Shown one piece after another: positions 1 through 11,656 of a stretch of DNA of 64,000 bases. The position numbers were made by a program, and so were the translations under genes. The notes below the pieces were generated by a model. It saw nothing but the letters and a program-made list of their open reading frames with translations. It was not told the origin of the DNA and made no database searches. Source of the stretch: Bugula neritina (Eukaryota; Animalia; Bryozoa); NCBI GenBank assembly GCA_964035545.1, contig OZ037767.1, positions 9,868,581-9,932,580 of the forward strand. The letters are read 5' to 3'. Position 1 is the stretch's first letter, and each line of letters opens with the position of its first letter.

Positions 1-1595
1 GCAAATCATAAATTATGACTTCACCAAAAAGCTCTCTAAAAACAGCACAGGTGTTGTGACAAGCCATTGCAGAGCTTTTGTTGTTGGCAGGAAAGAAGCA
101 TAAACTTATTTTTTGATTAAAGTGTTCTGCCTTTTTAACAGTTAAACGACAATTTTGTAGTTACTTCAGGTACTTTTAAGTTAGAAATCTTACTTTTGTT
201 TAGAAAGATGCAATAAAGAGAAGATTAGATAGAAGTTTTAAATGAAATATTTTCTGATTTCTTAATGTGAATCTGATAAATTAGTTATCAACAGCAAAAG
301 TTTTGTACTGAAAAACTACACAACACCTTACTTTTAACCAAACTTTAATGGTAAATTAACATAAATTACTTCTCAAACTGTTATTGGTTAAGTAAAACTC
401 AAAGGAAATCTTAAGACAGCTGGGATGATTGATTGATAGGAGGGAAACCTTACAAGTAATAAATGATCACGTGACAAAGAACAACACACGCGGCTGCCTT
501 ACTTTTGTCAACATGCAGGTTGATGCATTGATGAAAGAGCCGTATGTACTTGTTCGCCTATGTAACGCCACACGATCACATATTATATATATCATTATTC
601 TATTCCACTGTAGTAGCGAGGGTAAACAAACTAATCACTAACATCACCTGCATTCATCTCAGCCAATCAGAGACCTTTGTTGCTGCTCTAACATCAAGAA
701 GTGTGCCAAGGGCATGCAAATGTTGAGTCTTTTATCTTCGATGACAATAAAAAGCTTCACTACTGAGAAATTAAGCTACTTCTACTGAAATCATGAGCTT
801 GATTGGCTTATTGTTCATATATTCGAAATTGACATGCTGAAGCTCATTAGATATGCATTCAGTCGTTCACAGTTACTCATCTGTCCAACGCTGGCTGTCT
901 AACTAACATATGGCTTATAAAATCTGCTATAAAATTCATCGAAAACTCACTTAATAATTCAGCATGATTTGTCAAACAAATTGAAGTTTTTCTTTCAAAA
1001 CCCAATTTTCCTTCAACTTTAGCTCTACATGCAAGCTCTAAATGAATAAGTAAGATATATAACATAAATTCACAGTTTATAATTAGGGTTTAATTTCTAC
1101 CAAGTGTATGTTTATAATGAGTTAAAATTCGCCATATAAAATATTGTAATTTATATTATACTTTAAAAGTTGAAAATAATTCAGTTGTAGAGAATTTAAT
1201 AGGGTTATGCTAAGCATTAAACAATTTTGGCCATACCGTATTATTCAGCTTGAATAAAGACAGGTATATTGCCACTTCCACTGCCTGCAATGTATTTTAT
1301 ATTCATGTTTAATGCAACACTAGGAAAACCTAAGTTAAAGGAATTAAACATGTTTTTTTAAAAAAAGAAGCAGCAATAACTAATTATTGCACCCGATACT
1401 TAGTAGAAAAAGAAAAAGTCTTTCTTTTTTGTGATTTACAGAGTCTTTGTTTCCATGCTAATTATTGTATCTAAAAATTCTTTGTCCCCTGCAACTATCT
1501 CACATGTCAACAGTTACCACCTGTCCTCTCTTTATCTACTTATACTTGAACACAGCATAAAAGATATATCAGCAGAAGTTGTTTGTTGTGCTTTG

Positions 1596-1665
1596 ATTGG
1601 TTAATTACCTTGAATATCTGAAGCCCTTTATAAGCAGTGGTCAGTCCTCGTTGAGCTCATAGTTT
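1596..1665 (+). promoter_or_regulatory. Possible core promoter for the CELF exon at 1814
   Basis: Inverted CCAAT (ATTGG, 1596-1600), TATA-like TTTATAAG near 1627-1634 and an Inr-like TCATAGTT about 30 nt downstream. Motif match only, in AT-rich DNA. Confidence 0.25.
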
Positions 1666-1813
1666 GTGTTATATCTACGTTGTGACGCTATTGTAATGCT
1701 AGACATATTTTCTAGTTGTGTGACAAATCTCTAGTCCTTAGGCAAGCATCTAAATCGCAAGAAATCACAAAATAATTGTTTTTAAAAATTTTTGAGAGTT
1801 GACCAAACAGAAC

Positions 1814-4800
1814 ATGGTGTACGCCTGCATGACATCGTGTGAGGATTTTTCGCCAATACCTGGGCCAGGTGAGTTTGTACTCTATTGAGAGAAAATCAGA
1901 CGTATTTATTCTATCACAGGTTTTAAATATTCATGTCTGATTTTATAATTTTTTTGTAATAATTTATATAAAACTTGACTCATTAGAATAAAGAGCTAAA
2001 GTAAAGCAGAAAATGATTGTTTTATTATTTTCAACAGCAAATTTATCTTTCGAGTTCAACAAGAAGAACAACAAAACCGCCATTTTCAGCCTAAATCTGC
2101 TTTATTTAGAATGACATATCCAACATGTATATATCACAATCTCACAAAGGGTTTACAGTCACTATCATTGTGAGAAACCTTGATGTAAAGGGCTTTTAAG
2201 CAGGTTAAGAACTTTTTATTTATGGTGGCAAGCGAGCAATTATGATTTATGACTGAATGCCCATTCTAACATTACTAATGGCCTTTACTTGAGTTTGAAC
2301 CGCTGACCTTGTGTTTACTAAGTCAGTGCTTTGACCACTAGACTAGGCTGTTTCGTAACTATATCTATCGAATATATCACATTACAATATACTATGTATA
2401 ACTATCTTACTATATATATTAAATATATCACATTACAATATACTATATATAACTATCTTGCTATATACTATATTAAATACATTATAGTTTTATATAGCCT
2501 ACTATGTATAACTATATTACTATTGTATTCTTGCATCCACTAAACTACTGCTGCTGTATAACAAATATCAATCCCGAAAAGTTTGCGCTTTACTATTATT
2601 GTATTCTGGTATGGAATTACAAAATTGAAAAATTAATTTCTTAAATGGTGCAGTAAACACCACTTGTTTAGATGTTGTGAGATAAGGTTATATCTTAGAA
2701 CTAGTATATTTAAGCATTTTATACTATTTGGATTTCAGAACCAGCCATAAGTGGTTTATGATATGCTCGATTTTGTTAATACAAACATAACATAAGTTAT
2801 AGCGAACCACTACTAAAACTTTATCTCTTTGTGCAGAATATGGGAACGAAACTGATTAAAACGATTAATTTCATGGGCAATTTTCGATGTTGAAGATATA
2901 TGAATCAATGTGAATATGTTATAAAAGTGTAATGACAATGGACATCCGAAGAGCTGGAATTTATCTTTCCCACACATTAATCTCTATTATTTAGTAAACC
3001 ACATATACAAGTATATACAATGTTATAGCCACTACACTATGAATAGAGCCACCTGCCCAACTATGATTCTATGGTCCTGAAGGCAAAGAAAGGCTTCCAT
3101 TAACACAATTAATAAATAATTTCCCCATCTGCTTAGTCTAAACTGTCACATACAATCAAGTGCAGCCATATGTTGAGTATGAAAGCACGAAATGTGTTTA
3201 TATGATCACAACATTGCATAGACATAGTGTATAAATCTCATGCACTCCACTCATCTAACTTCCTATTCAAAACAACTTGAAGCTTTTAGCAAGTCTAACA
3301 ATTAGTTTATGAGTAAAAGAGTTGCATATGTTTTGTAGAAGATAGGAAGCTGTTTGTGGGCATGCTCAGCAAAACTCAGACTGAGAAAGATGCAAGAATG
3401 TTATTTGAACAGTTTGGGACGATTGAAGAATGCACCATCTTGAGGGACCAGAACAGCTTGAGTAAAGGTTTGACAATTAGACTAAGTCATTGGTGTGCAC
3501 ACGATACGCACACAGTAGCTGGTGTTCTGTTATTTAAGTCGTCTAACTGTGGTATCTCAGACTGAGAGCACGCTGTATACACCAACTTTCGCTGCCTCAA
3601 GGTCGCTGCAAATCTACGCAGTTTTTAAACGCCGTGATTGGCTACAGTGGCCTTGGTGCACAGGAAGACAGTGATAGACTACAGCTGCTCTCATAAATAT
3701 ATATAATTTGTTGATAAATGTGCCTCGAGTGGTTATAGTTGCTGCATATAGTCGTACTGACTGTTAACTGTTACACGGAGTGTATCTTTTCATTATTTCA
3801 TACTTTGAACTGTACTTTGAATGCTTACAATATAAGCAGTTATAGTAAATTACTGCTCATTACATTAGCTCTAGTAAATCTGTCAATAGTAATCTTGTAT
3901 AACCTCCCCTGCACATATTATTTGAAGTCCATCATAGCTAAAGTGAACTTATTGCTGTGTACATTCTGTAAACTTATTGTTTCCTGAAAGTATGCAATAG
4001 ATATGGCAATTTCCTGTTAGCAAAGCACAGCCCTGCACACCACCACCATCTAGTGTTTTACAAACCAGATTTATTGACTTGAAGAAAAATGATGAACAAA
4101 AAGTGGATAAAATACACTTTCTATTATGAAGGGTAATTAACAAATGTGAACAAAAGCAGGTCATATATTTAGACTGTGCTGAGAGGTGGTGGTTATTGTA
4201 TTAGGCTGTGCTCTGTGGTTTGTCTCTTGTTATAGTCCAATATTGTCTGTCAAGATAAGTGCAAGAGCCGAATGCTTCATTGTAGGCTGTGCATTTATCA
4301 AGTTCAGCAGTCATAATGAAGCCGTGGCTGCTTGTTCGCTCCATGGATCACAGACTATGCCTGTGAGTGTCCAGTTTAATCATTGCCTCAGTTCCATGTT
4401 TTTCCTGAAAAGAGACAAGTTTTTAATAGTGTGAATGCAATTTGGACTTGCCTTCTCTATCTTAATAGAAGAATACGTATTGATACCTAAACTCCTTTCA
4501 AAATTGAATATATCAAATCTTATACAAAATTAAAATCTATGAAATGAATATGCCTCTAGTAAATGTCTTTGTGTCATTATATTGTATTAGTCAGAATGCA
4601 CTTACATGTATGTACATCACTAATTGTACTATATTATGTACATCAAATATGTTCTATATGCATATCATGCAGTGTATTATAATACTACATTATAATTATT
4701 ATACATGCCATGTAACATATGTGATAATATTATGTTATACAATATAATATAGTTTGATATTATGCATATTATTATAAAAATATATATTATATACTATGCA

Positions 4801-7656
4801 CGTCATGGAATATATAATGATATTATATTAAGTACTTCACGTAGCTTTGTTCTACTTTGGCCTTCTTAGTACTGCTTTAACTAATAAATTATTTCCATAA
4901 ATCCCCAAAGGAACATGCTTAAAGCAATGCACTTTGCCAGCAGTATACATTGTACAAAGCCAACCTAAATTATGCACATATGTATTCTTATATACAAATC
5001 TACTGTCAGCTGTTCCATTAAATATTCAATGTGACGATATACGCGCAATGTCAAAGTTGTGAACTCGTCATTTCATCACCAGACCCATAGCTAGATACTA
5101 ACCTTTTAGTATAAGTACTACATGAATTACGTGAAATTTTCTTAGGGAGCCACCTCTAGCCTCGTTGTTAAGTTTGCCGACACTGAGAAGGAACGGCAGC
5201 TACGGAGAATGCAGCAGATGACCAGTCAGCTGGGCATCGTAGCTCCGCCTACTCCTGTTGGTTTCCCCAACTCGACGACCATTGGCGGGATTCCCCTCGC
5301 TGCGAGTCAAAGCCCAGCTGTAAGTTCTATTACTTATAAATTATATTAAATACATCTAAAAGATATATTATGTGTTACAATACAGCTACTGGCGTTATAT
5401 GTCTACGAGTTAGAACTAGATATTATACTGTGTGTATAATACAGCTATAGGATATGCTATGCTTTATAATACATTTACTACAAGATATAATAATATACAG
5501 CTACAATTAAAGAATAATGTATTTATATGCATTAAATTATGTTAAAACACAGTGTATATGTATAACAGTATAAGAAATATTTTATGTACAATAGTTAATG
5601 CATTAGTAGATGTGTCATATGGAATTTTACATAGAAATGACAATTATAACCTATGTAACAATAAAATAGAGATATAATCAATGATGTATACGCTCTGTTT
5701 GCACACCAATCCTTAATTGCCTATTGCAGTTGATGCAACCACCCCTCATGGGACAAGCACCTGCTGGGTACGTGCCAAATCCTGCTCTCGTTTCCTCCCA
5801 TCTGCCTCAACTTAGCGCAGCCCTGTCAGCAGTACCAGCCTCGCAGCAAATAACAACCAACAGTGAGTCCAACTAATATTTTTCTAGTATAAATATTGCG
5901 CTGTTACCAGTTTTTAAATTCAACTGTGTACTAACTTTATTTACATCAATATCTACTAACTAACAATTTTCTCAAACAAGTTTGAGCCTGGAAAATCTTG
6001 GAAGAATAGTCCATTGCAGTTGTCTCATTATAGTTTGTATAAATTGCTTTATAAAAGTTCTTGTTAGAATCCAGGTTTATAATCAGCTGTTTGAAATTTA
6101 ACGCTAAATCTGTGCCCAGGTTTGACTAATGGAGTCATGTCACCAGGAGTTATCTCTCCTAGTCTCAATGGCTTTCCCCTCGTAACTACGCAGAATGGAA
6201 TGGGATCAGAAATCTACAGCAATGGAATAATATACAGCATGGCTGAGCCTCAACTCCAACCCGGGCTAACTGTTTCGCCATACGGTGGACTGAGTAGGTG
6301 TCCTACACTTATCAAGTGTACACATTCAGACTAGCCTAAGGCTCTAGCTTTGGCAGCATGTTTTAGGGCAGACAAATTCTTACACTATAGATATTTCTTG
6401 AGCCATGTGAACATTGTCTCTTTGTCTGCAAATGCTTTTTTTAAATCTGATTTATGGCTAAATGTAGGCATGTCTAAAGTAGCATACTATGTTATTAATA
6501 AGATGACTGACTGACAAAACATCACCTTTTTAAACTAATTTATTATTGTTCAAACAGCAGATCATCGTTCAAAAAATTAAAAAGAGTGGTTATGTAGTTA
6601 GATGGTAGTTTGTAGACAGTAGTTTGAAATCAACATATCATTTATTTGATAATTTGTTGCAGCATACCCCAACCCTTACCTCGGAAGTGTGGCACCTCAG
6701 GCTATATTTCCTGTAGTGACTCCAACTGGCCAAAAGGAAGGACCCGACGGCTGCAATTTGTTTATTTACCACCTGCCACAGGAGTTTGGTGACCCGGAGT
6801 TAGCTCAAATGTTTATGCCGTTTGGAAGTGTCATTTCAGCTAAAGTCTACGTTGACAGGGCGACAAATCAGAGCAAGTGCTTTGGTATGTACAAGCATGT
6901 GTCTGCTAACTTGAAATTGTGCTGACTTGTAATTAAGAATGACCTCATACCCTTACTGAAAATAGCCCATGAAATATTAGGCTATACAGTGTGAAAGGTT
7001 GTCTAATTCTTCATATTAAAAGCATTTTAATATCACGTTCTTGACTAGCCAAAAAAATCTTAAATCTTTCACTTGAAAATTAGAAAATTTCGAGTAAATA
7101 TATACGCAGTCTATGTTGGGTGCAGCAGTGATTTTCACTTTCAAGTTTTCTATTAATTTCTCATTTTTACTATTTTGCCTGCTGCTAGCAAATTACTAAA
7201 AAGTATTTTGTCAAAGATTTTCCCAAAAGAACCTGCTATAACCAGTTATCGGTTCTATTTCAATTATAAATTTCTGAATCCAAAGCGTAAAGAAGGTGGA
7301 AGGAGTGATTAGTCATAGCCTATGGCCCTATGCCTTATAGTGACATTGTTTATTTTGTAGTCTAGTCTGACCTTAATTTAAGTTTCTTATTAACTTGTCT
7401 ATACCACCAATTTTTTCTCTAAACTTTTTTTCAATTGCCCAAGAGGCGATGATAAAGCTCATAGTTATATAAGGATACATATGTCAAAGAGTCTTAATGA
7501 AGTAAGTGTGAGTTTTTTTATTTTCTAGGATTTGTTAGCTTTGACAATCCAAACAGTGCCACGCACGCTATTCAAGCCATGAACGGCTTCCAAATCGGGA
7601 TGAAACGGTTGAAAGTACAGCATAAACGGCCTAAAGAAGCTGGGAAGCCTTACTAA
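1814..7656 (+). CDS. CELF: CELF/Bruno-like RNA-binding protein, CELF3-6 (bruno-3/unc-75) subfamily; RRM2, linker and RRM3
   Basis: Phase-consistent GT-AG exons: 1814-1868 (candidate first exon), 3339-3467, 4286-4362, 5146-5319, 5730-5862, 6120-6293, 6663-6884, 7529-7656. Translation includes [81 protein letters not shown] and [18 protein letters not shown]1 exons are not in the window. The 1814-1868 exon and the donor after 6293 are less certain. Confidence 0.95.
2138..2349 (-). mobile_element. tRNA-derived SINE-like element, diverged copy
   Basis: Aligns by eye with 15444-15647. tRNA-like head with A/B-box remnants on the minus strand. Confidence 0.7.
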
Positions 7657-8467
7657 GTAATCAGCTCTACTCCATACACACCATAGATGTTCTTGGATGC
7701 TAGAAATATAAAGGCTAAATCCATATCGTTGTGCAACTGACCAATTAACATTAGAGTAGACGACTCTATTTGGCTGCAGTATTTATTGCTGAGTGAATCT
7801 TCTATTCCTAAAGAATGCATTTCTTTATTGTTTACCATTTAAATTTAGAAGTTGGAAAAGTGAATCTCTATATTATACTTAAGATATATAATTTTTTTAA
7901 TTTCTTTTCCTGCCAACTGAATCTCTAGAACCAAATTCCAATTTTGTAAAGTGTTTGTGTGTCCAGGCCGGTTCATATTTGCAATACTATCAGCTGAATG
8001 CAGCTGCAATTCCAACTAATTTACTAGATTTATCTAAAAGATACTACCATTCCATGCCATCACCACTAACAACCCTCTGTATATGTACAATTCTATTTAT
8101 TTCTTATTTATTGATTTTATATAAATTATTTAATTTCTAAGAATTATTCATATTATTTTACCTTCTTTTTTCCAGAAAATTAGTGGCAAAAACTTGCCAT
8201 AATCTAAAGATATTTAATAGTAGAAAATGTGATCATTTTATTAATGGTGTACATTATTACAATAAACTTTATTATCTATAATATATTATGTGTAAATCTC
8301 ATTACAAAATCTCAAGCTGCTACTAGGAAAACTAAAAGTTAGTGCACATGCACTCCAGCTGCATGTAATTTTATCTTTTTCACAAAGCATGACCAATATA
8401 ATCTTAAGTCTAAACAAATCAATTGTTACTCATGGAGTTGTTCTCCCCAAAAACGTAGCATATAACT

Positions 8468-8631
8468 AATTGTTCTATAAGTAGCTCCGAGTTGGCGGTG
8501 ACTGAAAGCAGTAGTTTGGGGCTCCGAGTTTAGAGTTGGGGTTTATTAAACCCCCCATCTCCAAAATGAAAAACTGCAAACTACTGCACTCAGTCACCCC
8601 CAACTCGGAGCTGCTTATACATAGAACAATT
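8468..8631. mobile_element. Short foldback/MITE-like element
   Basis: About 50-bp imperfect inverted ends: AATTGTTCTAT..AGCTCCGAGTTGGCGGTGACTGA..GCAGTAGTTTG versus CAAACTACTGC..TCAGTCACCCCCAACTCGGAGCT..ATAGAACAATT. Confidence 0.6.
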
Positions 8632-9384
8632 CTCGTATAAGCGCTTACAATTTTCTGAGCAGCACTATATATTGAAATGCTGCTCCACAGAGATTGGTGT
8701 GGCGACTATCCTCTGTTAAAGGACAGAAGTGAACATCAGTTGTGTTACCCAGGTAAAAATGTTGTGTACACAGCAAACATGAACCATTATAACCAGTGGA
8801 ATCAATATATAAAATTCATCAATAATTCTATAGTAGCACTACCCAATGTATTTTAATGTGTTGTAATGGAAGCTGCAGGTTAACAAAATGGCCGAAAACA
8901 ATTATTATAGCATAATATGGCTACACGACACGATATTGTGGCTACCAAGAGGATTAACTTACACACTACACAACTTAGTGATGATTATGAGCTTTCAACA
9001 CTTTAGGGATAACCATGAACCCGGTTTTCCACATTGCATTGACTTATGAGTATTTTAGTACAATGCATCTGATGACACCTGCCACCATATAGGATTACGC
9101 TGAAGACAAATATATTTATTAAGTATAATACTCGTTATATTGATATTTAGTAGAGAGAGAAGGCAAAAGAAGCATCAGGTATTTAATAGAAAAGTTTCAT
9201 AGCTTCATCTCTAACATCGTACTAACAGTATTAAAGCAACAACATTTGAGAGATCATAACAGGTTTATTTACATTTTATGGCTAAAAGTTATAATTCAGT
9301 CATAAATAGAATGGAGTAGCATAAAAACAAAGAAAAACACAGCAATACTTATAGTATTTCAGTACTAAGTAGAACATAACTGTG

Positions 9385-11618
9385 TTATTTGTCTTTTTTC
9401 TCTGCAGTATTTGCCATCTGTTGGCTTTCTTGACACACCAGAAAGAGAATCCCGGAGAACAACAGCGATGATACAGCTATGAGTATGATGAGTCCATATT
9501 CAGAGGTCTAGAAATGTCAGCAGAAAAGATTAGACAGTCAATGTATGTGTGAATACATGTAATACCGATTTAATAAAAAACTCACAGGTGTTTTTAAAGT
9601 CGCCCTCCCTGTAAGAAACCCTGAAAGACTTTCTTTTAAAATTACGCTGAGGTCTGTTTCTAATGTGACACAGGGGAAATTAGACTAAAAGCCCTTCCTA
9701 ACATCGCCAATGGCCTTTACTGGGATTCGAACCATCACCCTTGTGTTTACTAAGTCAGTGCTCTAACCCCTAAGGCCTAAACCACGACTGCTGGCACAGA
9801 TTTACTAACATGAGCCTATAATTGTACAATGCCTTCTGAAGGACAATCACAATTATAAGGAGCTGATTTGGCTGAACTGATAACTTGATGACAAAACATC
9901 CTTTTAAATACTACAAGTTACTAAGCAATGATAAGCTAGTATCAAATCGACAATAATTTATAGCAGCAGTACTAACAACACCATTACCGAGTGTTACAAC
10001 CTCCCCCTACATGGAGGTCCAGTTTAGCTACCAGCAATAAAATAACTTAAAAGCTAGAAAAGAATATTTAACAGCAAAGATTACCATCTATATGTCTAGT
10101 ATACACACCTTAAGCCAATTAGTCAGCTGTTCAACTTTTTCATCACTACAAGAAAAGAGTATCACCATAAAGTTAACAGCATAAAATTTGACACAAAATG
10201 AAAAATATGGATAATTTCAAATTATATAAATTTCATTTGCCGTTATATGATATTTCAGATTGTATCGCAGTAAGTGACAGTTGCTATAAACTAAATGCAA
10301 TGTATTTCACTGGGCTAGTTTCCCCAAAAAACTTCTCTTGGAATTTGAATTTAAAGAGGGTACATAACTCCAAGATTATAGCTGACGCACAGAGCATGAA
10401 AGATAAACAGATGCTAATGACATAGTATAAAAAAAGAAAACCATTTGGCATTAACATTATAATATAAGTATAAACTTGTTTATAATAATGCAATTAACTT
10501 AATATACAGTTACTTAAATCATTTTACAAGTTTTTGCTAATACAATTAATAAAGTGCATTTAGTTGATACAAGCATTAATTTGAGACTATTACTGCAGGC
10601 AAATGTTTAAAGTTACTACAAATGAAAGGGAAAATGAGTAGTAGCCCTAGGCATTTAAATTAGCGCACACAGCCACTACTTACAAAGGAGATAAAGGTGG
10701 CTTCACTATTTTATATTCAAAATTCTTGTACGAAACTTCAGCAAAATTGGCCAAAGCATGAACATCAAAAGCATCTCCCGTGTAGGTATACCGCTTTCCG
10801 TGTCTAAATCTACAATTTATATGGCAGGTAAAATTTATACTACTACCACGAAAAGAAGTAACATACAGAACTACTAGAGAGTATTAAGAAAACATGTATT
10901 AAACACTATAGAAAGATAGCAACAGCTACTGCAGCCATGTAACCACTCTGGTGTGAATTATAGAGCGAGACCAGTCCAATATAATAAATTCATAATTAAG
11001 AGCTTAGCTTTGGAATAAAATTTATACTCACAATAGTATGGATTGGCATTCAGTCAAACTAAACCTTTCAGCTGTCTTTGGATTCAGCGTGATGTCCACT
11101 TCTCCAACTACTTTAGAGTATTTTAATCTACAGTATAGAGGTTGATGATGGAAACAGCAAAATGAGCAGACAACTCTATATATACACATATAAAGATAAT
11201 ATATATATATATAAATAAATATATATATAAAGATAATATAAATATATAAATAAATATATATATAAAGATAATATAAATATATAAATAAATATATATATAA
11301 ATATATATATTATTGAGGAAAAGAGCAATTTAATTATATAGATGTTGTTTTATTGTACTACTAATAGTTTCATGCCTCTTCGGCACTCCTCAGGCACAAT
11401 ATTGACAAATTTAAATTTTTACAATGTAAAAATTTAAATTTGTCAATATTGTGCCTGAGGAGTGCCGAAGAGGCATGAAACTATTAGTAGTACAATAAAA
11501 CAACATCTATATAATTAAATTGCTCTTTTCCTCAATAATATAATTGCTCATTATTATACACATAATAATTTGAGCACTTTTTTATCGCTGTTTTTTAAAA
11601 ATCTCACGATACAATTAT

Positions 11619-11656
<38 letters not shown>

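Larger units (their letters stand above)
11306..11620. mobile_element. PLE family B terminal fragment forming a perfect 118-bp-arm palindrome in (TA)n
   Basis: Arms 11306-11423 and 11425-11542. Nearly identical to the 3' end of the PLE at 38171-38290. TA-rich repeats on both sides. Confidence 0.85.

Noticed and set aside
10284-10493. Hydrophobic ORF as the TM exon of the thioredoxin gene
   Set aside because: Exons 10109-10145 and 9385-9507 give better splice sites, a clean TM helix and a KKxx end.
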